64,000 nucleotides of DNA, taken from positions 224,001-288,000 of the forward strand of contig MTLY02000003.1 in assembly GCA_002011035.2 (NCBI GenBank). The letters run 5' to 3'. The stretch is from Candidatus Hecatella orcuttiae (GTDB lineage Archaea > Thermoproteota > Bathyarchaeia > Hecatellales > Hecatellaceae). The notes beneath the pieces were generated by a model that saw nothing but the letters and a program-made list of their open reading frames with translations, ran no database searches and was not told where the DNA came from. Positions 1 through 9,123 of the stretch are shown here, piece by piece; the stretch's first letter is position 1; every line of letters starts with the position of its first letter. The translations under genes were made by a program, and so were the position numbers.

Positions 1-1
1 A

Positions 2-388
2 CGGAAGAAAACCCGGTGGAGCGACCGAGCTTACCGACGGAGGATGCTGGGCCTCGACATAAAGTCCGACCCTTTAGAAGGAGCCCCAATGGGCCGGGGT
101 ATCGTCCTGGAAAAGGTGGGCATTGAAAGCCGCCAGCCCAACAGCGCTGTGAGGAAATGCGTTCGAGTTCAACTCATCAAAAACGGCCATGTGGTTTCAG
201 CCTTCCTCCCCAGAGACGGAGCCCTCAACTTCATCGATGAACACGACGAGGTTATAATTACAGGAATAGGCGGCCCTAGGGGTAAAGCCTACGGAGACCT
301 GCCGGGAGTCCGCTATCAGGTTTTGACGGTGAACGGAGTAGCCCTCAAGGAGCTTATTTCCGGCAAAAAGCAGAAACCCTCTCGTTAA
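2..388 (+). CDS. rps12: 30S ribosomal protein S12 (uS12), 5' end outside window
   Basis: [30 protein letters not shown] and GDLPGVRY motifs of archaeal S12; frame is open from position 2. Confidence 0.97.
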   Translation, partial: RKKTRWSDRAYRRRMLGLDIKSDPLEGAPMGRGIVLEKVGIESRQPNSAVRKCVRVQLIKNGHVVSAFLPRDGALNFIDEHDEVIITGIGGPRGKAYGDLPGVRYQVLTVNGVALKELISGKKQKPSR

Positions 389-397
389 GAGAGACTT

Positions 398-982
398 TCA
401 CCGGGAAGCTAGGGCTATTCTCTCCTGCTCGTTTCTTTTGGCCACTGCGTAGCTGCGGCTGTCTTTTTGAGCTGCAAGGATTAGCTCTTCCGCCAAGCAT
501 TCATCTACTGTTCGAATGTTTCCCATGGCCGCTTTTCTAGCTCCCTCAGCTAAGAACCTTAGGGCTAGGTCTACCCTCCGCTGAGGGGACACGTCCACGG
601 CCACATGGTAGACGATGCCTCCGTAGCTTATCCGGGTGGTGTCCTCGCAGGGGGCTGCGTTTTCGACGGCTCGAACCAGAATCTCTATGGGATTTCTCCC
701 AGTCTTGAGGGCTATGATTTCGAAGGCGTTCTTAACTACTTGGATTATCCTAGCTTTTTTCCCAGCGTTTTTACCGGGGCGCATTAGGTGGTTTACAAGC
801 CTTTCTACGATGGAGATTTCTGATTTCTTGAAGCGTTGAGCCTCGTGTTTTCCGCTGGAGTGGGGGATGGTTACCGGCTTTAAATTAATGTATTTGCTGA
901 GGCCCATGTCCTCTACTTTGATGCCTTCGAAGCTCCATTTACCGAAGAGTTTTGCCTCCTGTACCGCTGTTTTCTCGCTCAA
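398..982 (-). CDS. rps7: 30S ribosomal protein S7 (uS7)
   Basis: KLFGKWS, IVERLVN, VDVSPQRRVDLALR and ERIALASR match archaeal S7. Confidence 0.97.
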   Translation of the reverse strand: MSEKTAVQEAKLFGKWSFEGIKVEDMGLSKYINLKPVTIPHSSGKHEAQRFKKSEISIVERLVNHLMRPGKNAGKKARIIQVVKNAFEIIALKTGRNPIEILVRAVENAAPCEDTTRISYGGIVYHVAVDVSPQRRVDLALRFLAEGARKAAMGNIRTVDECLAEELILAAQKDSRSYAVAKRNEQERIALASR

Positions 983-1187
983 CTGCCACCCACGCTTAGA
1001 GTTTTTCTCTTTTTGAAGGGATAGCTCCCAGATTTAAACGTTTTCCGGGCTGGAAGACAGAGTTCTCCCACGGGAGAGGGCGACCTCTGGAAGAAAAGCT
1101 TTATAAATGTATGGAAAAACTAGATGATTGCAATACGCATGGAGGAGTCTAGAGCACTCACGAAAAAGGAGAAATGGAGGAGTAATC

Positions 1188-2486
1188 ATGCCTGAGAAAC
1201 CACATCTCAACATGGTCATAGTTGGACATGTAGACCATGGGAAATCCACCTGCATGGGTCACATCCTGTACCTGAAAGGAGTAATCAGCGAAAGGGAAAT
1301 AAAAGAATACGCTGAAGAATCGCAGAAAACAGGAGCAGGCGACACCTTCAAATTCGCCTGGGTCATGGACCGCCTCAAAGAAGAACGGGAACGAGGGGTC
1401 ACCATCGACCTATACTACACCAAGTTCGAAACCGACAAATACTCCTTCACCATCATCGACGCCCCAGGCCACAGGGACTTCATCAAGAACATGATCACCG
1501 GAGCCAGCCAAGCGGACTGCGCCCTCCTAGTTTCCTCCGCCCGGAAGGGAGAGTTTGAAGTAGGAGTGGAAGCAGGAGGCCAGACTAGGGAGCACGCCTT
1601 CCTTCTCAGAACCCTAGGCATTACCCAGCTTACCGTGGCGGTGAACAAAATGGATGACGCTTCGGTTAACTGGAGTCAAACGAGGTTCGAAGAGTGCAAA
1701 AAGCAGCTGGAGTATCTGCTGAAGACCGTGGGCTTCGATGTTTCCAAAGTCCCCATCGTTCCGGTTTCAGGTTGGACTGGGGATAACCTCGACAAACTCA
1801 GCGATAAGATGCCTTGGTACAAGGGGCCCACGCTGGTGGAGACCTTCGACTACTTCGAGGTTCCGCCCAAACCTGTGGATAAGCCGTTGAGGATTCCGGT
1901 GCAGGATGTGTACACCATTACAGGCGTAGGCACCGTTCCCGTGGGCAGGGTGGAAACCGGTGTCCTTAAGGAAGGCGACACCATCGTGTTCATGCCGGCG
2001 AACGTGAAGGGAGAGGTCAGAACCATAGAAACCCACCATGTTAAGATTCCCCAAGCGCTTCCCGGCGACAACATCGGCTTTAACGTTCGAGGAATATCTA
2101 AAGGCGACATCAGGAGAGGGGAAGTAGGCGGACATCCGTCGAATCCTCCGAAGGTAGCCAAAGAATTCATAGGACAAATCATCGTAGTTTACCATCCCAC
2201 GTCCATAGCCCAAGGCTACACACCTGTCCTTCACGCCCACACAGCCCAGATAGCCTGTAAGTTCACAGAACTCATCAGGAAGATCAACCCCAGAACCGGG
2301 GAAACCGTCGAGGAGAAGCCGGCCTTCCTGAAAACCGGGGACGGAGCTCTGGTCAGGCTCACACCGGTTAAACCCGTCGCCTTGGAAGTCTACTCCGACA
2401 TACCGCAACTAGGCAGGTTTGCCATCAGAGACATGGGCACCACCATCGCAGCCGGCATCGTCAAAGAAATAACCCAAGCAGGCTAA
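1188..2486 (+). CDS. tuf: Translation elongation factor EF-1alpha
   Basis: KPHLN..GHVDHGKST, DAPGHRDF, NKMD, GRFAIRDMG; ATG 1188 follows a GGAGG SD. Confidence 0.98.
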   Translation: MPEKPHLNMVIVGHVDHGKSTCMGHILYLKGVISEREIKEYAEESQKTGAGDTFKFAWVMDRLKEERERGVTIDLYYTKFETDKYSFTIIDAPGHRDFIKNMITGASQADCALLVSSARKGEFEVGVEAGGQTREHAFLLRTLGITQLTVAVNKMDDASVNWSQTRFEECKKQLEYLLKTVGFDVSKVPIVPVSGWTGDNLDKLSDKMPWYKGPTLVETFDYFEVPPKPVDKPLRIPVQDVYTITGVGTVPVGRVETGVLKEGDTIVFMPANVKGEVRTIETHHVKIPQALPGDNIGFNVRGISKGDIRRGEVGGHPSNPPKVAKEFIGQIIVVYHPTSIAQGYTPVLHAHTAQIACKFTELIRKINPRTGETVEEKPAFLKTGDGALVRLTPVKPVALEVYSDIPQLGRFAIRDMGTTIAAGIVKEITQAG

Positions 2487-2514
2487 AATCAACTACAAGA
2501 CCGGCGTTACTCCG

Positions 2515-2826
2515 ATGGTCCAGAAAGCTAGGATCAGGCTTACAAGCGTCGACTGCCATAAACTTGATGGGGTATGCCGCGAGATCAAAGATATTTCCGG
2601 GAAGATCGGCATAAAGATCTCAGGCCCCATTCCTCTCCCCACCAAGAGGATCTTATGCCCAACTAGAAAGACCCCCTGCGGAGAAGGCACGGCCACCTGG
2701 GACAGGTGGGAGCTTCGAGTTCACAAACGCCTCATTGAAGTTGAAGCCAATGAAAGATTGATGAAGCGGATCATGCGGATTAAAGTTCCAGACGAGGTCT
2801 TTATCGAAATCAGCCTTGTATCTTGA
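2515..2826 (+). CDS. rps10: 30S ribosomal protein S10 (uS10)
   Basis: KARIRLTS, SGPIPLPTK, RKTPCGEGTATWDRWELRVHKRLI. Confidence 0.97.
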   Translation: MVQKARIRLTSVDCHKLDGVCREIKDISGKIGIKISGPIPLPTKRILCPTRKTPCGEGTATWDRWELRVHKRLIEVEANERLMKRIMRIKVPDEVFIEISLVS

Positions 2827-3132
2827 GGCTCTGCTTATTGCGGGAATAGATAAGCGATCTGAATAATGTTTAAATCTTCTTCTTTTTCACAACCTTTATT
2901 AACTGAATGACTACGGAATGTGAAGAATTTGCCGAGGCTCATAGCCTTCGTAGTTCTCGTTTCTGAAGAAAACCTACCCCAAGAAGAAAGCAGAGAACCT
3001 GAAATGGATTTGAAAAAAGCCCTTGAAAAAATAGACTCTCCCCTAAACTGGAAGCTGAGCTCCTGCCGTGTAGTGGAAAATAAAAACTGAACAGCCTAAC
3101 TGAATCGCTGTTAGAAGCGTCTCCTCACAGTT

Positions 3133-3483
3133 TCATATTTTGTCCAGGATTCTTTGGAGGTAGTTCTGAAGGAAGTCGGCGTGCTCACGGCGGGAGGCTT
3201 CGAGGACCTCGGCGAACCAGTTTGCTCCCCGCTCGGTTAGATAGAAGGTTTCCCTTCGGCCTTCCCTCCGCCGGCTGACGAGGCCCCGCGCCTCCATGGA
3301 GTGCAAAACAGGGTAGACGGTGCCGGGGCTGAGGAGGACGTGCAGTTTGCCGTGGATCTGGGCGATGATGTCGTAGCCCCAGGAAGGCCTCTCCGCCAGC
3401 ACAGAAGCCACAATGACATCCAAAAAACTCTTAACACAACGCTCCCTAACCAGCAACTCAGTCTGACCCTTCACCCCCTTCAC
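3133..3483 (-). CDS. PadR-family transcriptional regulator
   Basis: WGYDII..LSPGTVYPVLHSMEARGLV...FYLTERG winged-helix pattern. Confidence 0.88.
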   Translation of the reverse strand: MKGVKGQTELLVRERCVKSFLDVIVASVLAERPSWGYDIIAQIHGKLHVLLSPGTVYPVLHSMEARGLVSRRREGRRETFYLTERGANWFAEVLEASRREHADFLQNYLQRILDKI

Positions 3484-3532
3484 AAAAGATCACCCCCTTC
3501 AAAGGAAGCCCAGATGGCTGAGGTTTCGAATG

Positions 3533-4183
3533 TCATACCGCAGACCTAACCTCTCGGGAAGTTTTCTCGGAGCTGAGGGGGAGTGTTTTCTCGGGGAGGA
3601 AAGGTACTCCTGAGCTGGGATTTCCCTCTTTCCCCAGCCTCTGTGAGGATGCTGTTTTGGAGGTTTCCACCTCCCTGACGAATCGGAAGCTCTTGTAGAG
3701 TTCGCCGCCTTCTCCCCTTACCCAGCGGCTTTCAAACCTTCCTCCGTACTCTTCTTCGATTTTCTCCCTCGCCCTTACCAAACGCCGGTAGAGGGCGTTG
3801 TATTTTTTAGCTTGGCTTCCCCGAGAATCAAACCTCTGACCGAAAAAACGCTCTTGAATCTCGAAGATATTGTGCTCAAAATTAGGCTTGGAGGTTATGT
3901 AGAGGATCAGGTTTTTCTGCTGGGGGATCTTCTCCTTCAAATCGATTTCTTCCGAAGGCTCGGCTTCAGGTGGTGACGGGGGGCCTCCGCTTGGAAGACT
4001 CTCCACCAGATACTTTCCCCCCACCAGCCTCTTTATAACCTCGTTTATCTCGGGCGGTGTTCCGACGCATTCGAAGAAGACTCCCTTGACTTTAAATCGT
4101 AATTTGACCGTAAGCCGACACCCGCCTATTTGTTCGCATACATCGTATATAAATCTTTTGTACGATGTACATTCATACTTCAT
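3533..4183 (-). CDS. Hypothetical protein (start uncertain)
   Basis: 216-aa ORF co-oriented with padR; no recognised motif. Confidence 0.55.
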   Translation of the reverse strand: MKYECTSYKRFIYDVCEQIGGCRLTVKLRFKVKGVFFECVGTPPEINEVIKRLVGGKYLVESLPSGGPPSPPEAEPSEEIDLKEKIPQQKNLILYITSKPNFEHNIFEIQERFFGQRFDSRGSQAKKYNALYRRLVRAREKIEEEYGGRFESRWVRGEGGELYKSFRFVREVETSKTASSQRLGKEGNPSSGVPFLPEKTLPLSSEKTSREVRSAV

Positions 4184-4343
4184 AAAAAAGACAAATCCCC
4201 TAGAAAAAGTCCATTTTAAGCCTTTTTCACAGCATGTTTAGCCCTCTTTTTCTAAATGTTCATCGTATGAATTTCCAACATAGAAAACTGACGCTGGCCC
4301 TTCCGCGCTTGGAACTCCTTTTCTCGGAAAGACGTAAAAATGG

Positions 4344-4548
4344 TGGTCCCGCGGGTCGGATTTTCATGGGTGGCTCCCAATTTGAACTCGCCGAGGTGAA
4401 GGGTCGTCCTTCGCCTCCCCGACGACACTCCGGTTTCTGTGCGCCTGAAAGGCTGGCAGGCCTATCCAGAGGATAAACCCTACAGCATCTCCTCTTCAAG
4501 GCTTTCGCCGTGAAGATCGGAAGCTCTTCCAGGCTGAGCTACCGCGGG
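4344..4548 (-). tRNA. tRNA-Tyr(GTA) with four BHB introns (4487-4517, 4435-4479, 4387-4418, 4361-4380); CCA encoded
   Basis: Removing the four introns gives a perfect 77-nt cloverleaf: CCCGCGG TA GCTC AGCCTGGAA GAGC T TCCGG CT GTA GA CCGGA GTGTC GTCGG TTCAAAT CCGAC CCGCGGG A CCA. Each junction forms a 4-bp helix with 3-nt bulges. BRE/TATA-like AAAAGCTTATAA lies upstream. Confidence 0.93.
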
Positions 4549-4591
4549 ACAAGATCAGCAAACAGCCGGTAAACTTATAAGCTTTTAGCCT

Positions 4592-4822
4592 TCAGGCAGG
4601 CGAAGGGGAGCCCACCAGTTTTTCCATCAGAACGACGCAAACCCCTGCACTCGCCATCCGCTTCCTGAGCGCCGAGTCTTGAGGCAGAACCCTAAGGAGC
4701 GAATCAACCTCCCAGAGGTCCAAGGCCACAAAATATTCGGGTTTATGCCCTCTCAATCTTAGGATTTTCATATTTATGGTTGGATTATCCAACCATATAA
4801 ACCTTTCCATAACAAAACCCAA
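4592..4822 (-). CDS. Small hypothetical protein between the two tRNAs
   Basis: 76-aa ORF; no motif; start uncertain. Confidence 0.35.
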   Translation of the reverse strand: MGFVMERFIWLDNPTINMKILRLRGHKPEYFVALDLWEVDSLLRVLPQDSALRKRMASAGVCVVLMEKLVGSPSPA

Positions 4823-4879
4823 GGCAAGGCTTTTTCCCAGTAAAAATTATATGTTGCCGCTTTAACTTCTAAGGATGAC

Positions 4880-5025
4880 GCCCTGGTAGTATAGGCAGCC
4901 GTGATGCGGCTAGGGATACGCCGTATCCGGCTGGTAGAGTCCGGTCTAGTATGTGCGGCTGTTCCGTGGCTTTCCGGAGCCGAATCGCCCGTACGACCCG
5001 GGTTCAAATCCCGGCCAGGGCGCCA
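4880..5025 (+). tRNA. tRNA-Asp(GTC) with two introns (4895-4939 in the D-loop, 4962-4984 at 34/35); integration target
   Basis: Spliced: GCCCTGG TA GTAT AGTCCGGTCTA GTAT G TGCGG CT GTC GC CCGTA CGAC CCGGG TTCAAAT CCCGG CCAGGGC G CCA; the second intron has a clean BHB. Confidence 0.92.
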
Positions 5026-5027
5026 AA
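5010..5027 (+). repeat. attL (tRNA-Asp 3' end)
   Basis: CCCGGCCAGGGCGCCAAA, identical to 57500-57517. Confidence 0.92.
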
Positions 5028-5071
5028 CATTTAGTTTAAATCCCAAACATGTCCGATCTTCTATTAGGGCC

Positions 5072-6304
5072 TTGAAGCCGAGCAGACTCGATGTCTACGA
5101 CTACGACCGGCGGCTGGAGAGGTACTACGCCAACATCCACCGCCGCCCAGACCTGCTCCCCGCCCACAAGAGGGCCATCCTCGAGTTCGACCGCTGGCTG
5201 CAGGGCGGAGGCCTCAGCAAGCCCAGGCGGCTGAAGTACCTCCAGACCCTGCCCCAGGTCGCCAAGATGCTGGGCAAACCCTTCGAGGAGGCCGCCAGAG
5301 AGGACCTGAGGAGGGTCGTAGCCCAGCTCGACCGCAACGGCTACACCGGCGAAACCAAGGAGTCCTACAAGGCCGTCATCAAGAGGTTCTACCGTTGGCT
5401 GAGGCACGGCGACGACGAGGAGGCAGGCTACCCGCCGGAGGTCCGCTGGATAAAAATCAGGTCCGGCTACGGCGGCAACCGGCTTCCCGAAGACCTGCCC
5501 ACCGACGAAGAGGTCCGCGCCCTGGCCGAGGCGGCGGGAGGAGACCTCCGAGACCGAGCCTTCGTCGAGCTGCTGGACGACTTCGGAGGCCGCCCCGCGG
5601 AGCTGCTGACGCTGCGCCTCCGCCACGTGGTCTTCGACGAGTACGGGGCGGTGGTCTTGGTGGACGGGAAAACCGGCCAACGGCGGGTGCGGGTCATCCA
5701 GAGCGCCCCAGCCCTGGCCAACTGGGTCAGCCACCACCCCATGAAGGGCAGGCCTGAGGCGCCCCTGTGGCTGAAGAGGCGGCAGAACGGCGGGTACGGC
5801 GGGCCCCTGGACTACGTCGGCGCCAACGCCCTCCTCAAGCGGCTGTGCGAAAAAGCCCGCCTCAGGCGGAGGCTGCGCATGTACGACTTCCGCCACCGCC
5901 GGGCCACCAAGTACGCCAACATCCTCACCGAGGAGCAGATGGACGAATACTTCGGCTGGGTGAAGGGCAGCCGCCAGCCCCGCCGCTACGTCCACCTCTC
6001 AGGCCGAGACATCGACCCAGCCCTGCTCAGGGCCCACGGCTTCCAGGTTCCCGAAGGCGAAGCCGGCCGCCAGCAGCCGCCCCAGGAGTGCAGCCGCTGC
6101 CACGCCAGAAACTCGCCGCTGGCCCGGTTCTGCCACCGCTGCGGCCTGGCCCTGGACCTCCAAGCCGCCCTCGACCATGACAGGAAGACGCCGGGGGACC
6201 TCCAAACCCTGAAAGCCGAAGTATCCGCCCTCAAAGAAGAACTGGCCCGGCAGAAGGCCTTCGAGGAATACGTCCTCCAATGTCTGAAAGAAAAAGCCCA
6301 GTAA
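5072..6304 (+). CDS. Tyrosine integrase with C-terminal zinc ribbon (start uncertain; frame is open through attL)
   Basis: GGRPAELL (R), VDGKTG (K), YDFRH, FGW..GS..PRRYVHL (Y); CSRC..FCHRCG ribbon. Confidence 0.93.
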   Translation: MKPSRLDVYDYDRRLERYYANIHRRPDLLPAHKRAILEFDRWLQGGGLSKPRRLKYLQTLPQVAKMLGKPFEEAAREDLRRVVAQLDRNGYTGETKESYKAVIKRFYRWLRHGDDEEAGYPPEVRWIKIRSGYGGNRLPEDLPTDEEVRALAEAAGGDLRDRAFVELLDDFGGRPAELLTLRLRHVVFDEYGAVVLVDGKTGQRRVRVIQSAPALANWVSHHPMKGRPEAPLWLKRRQNGGYGGPLDYVGANALLKRLCEKARLRRRLRMYDFRHRRATKYANILTEEQMDEYFGWVKGSRQPRRYVHLSGRDIDPALLRAHGFQVPEGEAGRQQPPQECSRCHARNSPLARFCHRCGLALDLQAALDHDRKTPGDLQTLKAEVSALKEELARQKAFEEYVLQCLKEKAQ

Positions 6305-6365
6305 GGTGGCGGCGAAGAGGGCTATAAAGGCCAGAACCGGAGGCCCTGCGGTACTGGGTGGGGTT

Positions 6366-6689
6366 TTAGGGATTTGGGAGCTGGTTGGTGGTGCATTCTT
6401 CCGGGGGTTTGTCGAACCTAACCTTGACTAGTCGGGGTTCTCTAAGGCCGTCTTTGACTCGGCTGTGGTAGGCGACCTCCACCACTATCTTGGGCTGGAT
6501 GTAGACGTATTCGCGGTCTTCGCCGGTCTTCAGCAGAGGAATCAACTTTGTGATGATCTCTCTCACCTTCCTCTCCAAGCCGCTGGAAACCTTGGAGAGG
6601 GGCCTCAAATTCTTATCCTCGTACAAACCCACTAGGTAGCTGTTGAACGGCCCCCCACGCTTGGAGCCGGGCGTCTTAGCCGCGGCCAT
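6366..6689 (-). pseudogene. C-terminal OB-fold fragment of an ATP-dependent DNA ligase
   Basis: SYLVGLY..SKVSSGL..QPKIVVEVAY..LREPRLVKVRFDKPPEEC; no adenylation domain upstream. Confidence 0.75.
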
Positions 6690-6817
6690 GATGGCGGCCT
6701 TTGGTTAGGTCGACTACGTAAGCGGTTTGAGGGACGTGTCACTGGAGGCAGTCTTTCAGGCCGTAAAAGAGGGCTTGGTCTCGAAGCAACTGACCAAAGA
6801 GAAGGTCCTAGAAATCA

Positions 6818-7570
6818 TCAACCGGACTGAGGAAGACCCTCTATGTCCCTGCCCGATTTCTCACCAGCGAATAAAAGAAAGAGGCTCAGACAGCTGAGGC
6901 GGCGGATGTGTTCCACTAACCCAAGTAGTTTTTCAGCCTCGGTTCCCCGGTCTATGACAAAGGTTTCTTCGCCTGATTTGAGGGCTATCCTTCCAATGGG
7001 ATCCCTGAGGGAGGGCAGTTTTCCCCTGCCTTCCACTTCTACCTCAAGCTTCAAGGCTGTGAAGGGTGGGAGGTCGTAGTCTTCATCCCCAACAGAATTC
7101 TTGAGCTCCCATTTCACCCTCTCTCCGGTCTGCTGAGCTTCAATTCTGGCGAGGGGGAACAGCTCTTTTTCATAGAGGTACAGTTGGGCGGAAGGGATGT
7201 CAACATTGAAAAGCTGATACTTGGCATATCCCCCAATGCGCAGAATCTTCCGGGCGAAGCGGGAAAGCCTTCGACGGTCCGGGACCTCAACCTCTAACAC
7301 CGTCGACTTCTCCGGGTCCTGCAGTCTTACGTATTTCTGTTCGAACCTGTAGCCTGCAACCGATTTGCTGGCGGCTAGAACCGGAATGAGCTTTTTGAGG
7401 TCACATTCCCGGCCTGCAACGTAGACCTTTAGATTCCACCTGTCGACAAGCCTGACGCATCCCCCCTCCTTACGTTTTATCCAGAGAGTCATCTCACCGG
7501 GTTGGCTGGGATACAGGTCGATAAGCCAGCCTTCAACCCTTTTGGTCGATTCCACACTTGAGGAGTTCAT
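6818..7570 (-). pseudogene. N-terminal fragment of a PolB2-type family B DNA polymerase
   Basis: GWLIDLYP..MTLWIK, LFNVDIPSAQLYLYEKELFPLA; truncated before the polymerase core. Confidence 0.75.
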
Positions 7571-7808
7571 CCAGCTTAACCCGAAGATCTTTTAGCATTA
7601 TGTGGTGGGAGAGAAGGATGGACATGAGGAGGGCCTCCGTTATTACCGGCCTAGTGGCCGCGCCAGCAGCTGAGGCGTAAAAGCGGCAGGCGTTGACCAT
7701 GTCTTGAAAAAGCTCCCGGTCTTCCTTTCTTAGTGCCCTACCGAATCTCTCCCATTTTTTCAACTCTTCCTCTAAGGCTGTCCGGTGGGAGGGTACGGTT
7801 CTACCCGT
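7533..7808 (-). CDS. Small helical protein of the PolB2 operon (start codon appears to be ACG or mutated)
   Basis: GRTVPSHRTALEEELKKWERFGRALRKEDRELFQDM matches the small gene that typically precedes polB2. Confidence 0.7.
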   Translation of the reverse strand, partial: TGRTVPSHRTALEEELKKWERFGRALRKEDRELFQDMVNACRFYASAAGAATRPVITEALLMSILLSHHIMLKDLRVKLDELLKCGIDQKG

Positions 7809-7844
7809 TTTCCATCACCTCAACCGAACGCGGCGCTGAAGATG

Positions 7845-8828
7845 TTAAGTCTTTCTCCACTTAACCGACCTCCCTCTTTCAGGCTTCTCCAAGGTGGCCG
7901 TGTAGCCTGAGCCTTTCTCCGTGATGCGGACCGCGTAGTTGCTTCTCGATAGAAGGTAGGGAGTTAGGGGTATTCTCCGCTCTTGGGAAGGGTGAGGCAG
8001 GAGGGTGGCCACTACGACCGCTCTCTTCTCCCTAGCCAGCTGGAAGAGAAACCGGACTGTCTGGTTGAAGAGACTGTGAAGCTCCTCCTTACCCATATAA
8101 GGGTCGTAGAAGAGGTTGGCTGCGTCGGAGACGACGATGAGCTTCGCGGAGTGGCTGTCCAGTAGTAGGGGGAGCTTCTCCGTGACGAGAGATACCAGTT
8201 GATGGCAGGTGAAGGCCCGAGAAACCCAAACTCCCCTTAGTGCCTCCTGCGGATTTAAGTGAAGCTGGCGGGCAAACTCCGCGACCGCGTAGGGATTGAA
8301 AATGTTGCCTCCGTCAAGGAAGACGGCTGGCGATTCCAAGCCGCCTTCATCCTCTGGTAGCTGGGCCCTCACACACAGTAGCTCCGAAAGGGTATGGCAT
8401 AAGGTAGACCCGTGCAGGGCCGTCAGGCAGCCGGCAGGCAGTCTGCCGATCAGCCTATCTAAGGCCTCAACCCCGAAGCTCAGGGACATCCGCTCTCCCA
8501 TTAGCAGAGGCCCAGAACTTTCTGAGATATTTTTTGGAAGATCTTCTGAGGTGTAGGAATAGATAGGAGGCGGTATTTTTCTGCACCGGTCAAACCGGAT
8601 CCTCAGCCCCCCTCCTTCCAGCGGTAGAATTATCCTTGCCTTCTTCAGGTAAATGAGAGCCTTTTTCAAAATCTTCTCTAATGCTCGAATCCATTCCGTC
8701 GAGCCTCTGGCGTATCCAACTCCACATACGGTCTTTTTCATCTCTTCTAATCCATGGAAGTGACAATATCCAACGATAAGCCTAGTCAGTTTCTTTCTGA
8801 TGTAGAAACGGGAAATGGGATCGTCCAA
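7845..8828 (-). CDS. RadA/Rad51-like protein with degenerate Walker A (PolB2-associated); start uncertain
   Basis: LSFGVEALDRLIG, VFLDGGNIFNPY, VSRAFTCHQL. Confidence 0.8.
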   Translation of the reverse strand: MDDPISRFYIRKKLTRLIVGYCHFHGLEEMKKTVCGVGYARGSTEWIRALEKILKKALIYLKKARIILPLEGGGLRIRFDRCRKIPPPIYSYTSEDLPKNISESSGPLLMGERMSLSFGVEALDRLIGRLPAGCLTALHGSTLCHTLSELLCVRAQLPEDEGGLESPAVFLDGGNIFNPYAVAEFARQLHLNPQEALRGVWVSRAFTCHQLVSLVTEKLPLLLDSHSAKLIVVSDAANLFYDPYMGKEELHSLFNQTVRFLFQLAREKRAVVVATLLPHPSQERRIPLTPYLLSRSNYAVRITEKGSGYTATLEKPERGRSVKWRKT

Positions 8829-9123
8829 TCTGGTAAATAAACAGATGGGTGTCGCTACCTCTTAACCATGAGAGGTTAGCGAAAGTAAGGCGAAACATGT
8901 AGCTGGGCGTTCAAAGGCTGTCTAGTTTCACATGTCGAAGGGCTCTGAGAATTTGGTCGATGTCGGCGTAGTTTCTACGGGGGAGGTGTTCGAGCAAAGA
9001 GAAGGGTAAATTCTACGCCTATATCTACCAGCATAGAAGCTAACATTGGATGCTTTCACATTTTAAGTCATCTTTAAACATTTTTAGGTAGATAGACGAG
9101 TTATATCATGGGAGGTTACTTTT

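Noticed and set aside
4234-4499. ORFs 4234-4476 and 4260-4499
   Set aside because: They overlap the four-intron tRNA-Tyr gene
4774-5071. N-terminal 57 aa of the 467-aa integrase ORF, and ORF 4774-5046
   Set aside because: Read-through across tRNA-Asp; not plausible coding sequence in the integrated state
5036-6280. Long antisense and alternate-frame ORFs over the integrase (similarly over 20677-21447, 33117-34103 and 55469-56427)
   Set aside because: Shadow ORFs caused by high GC3 in real genes
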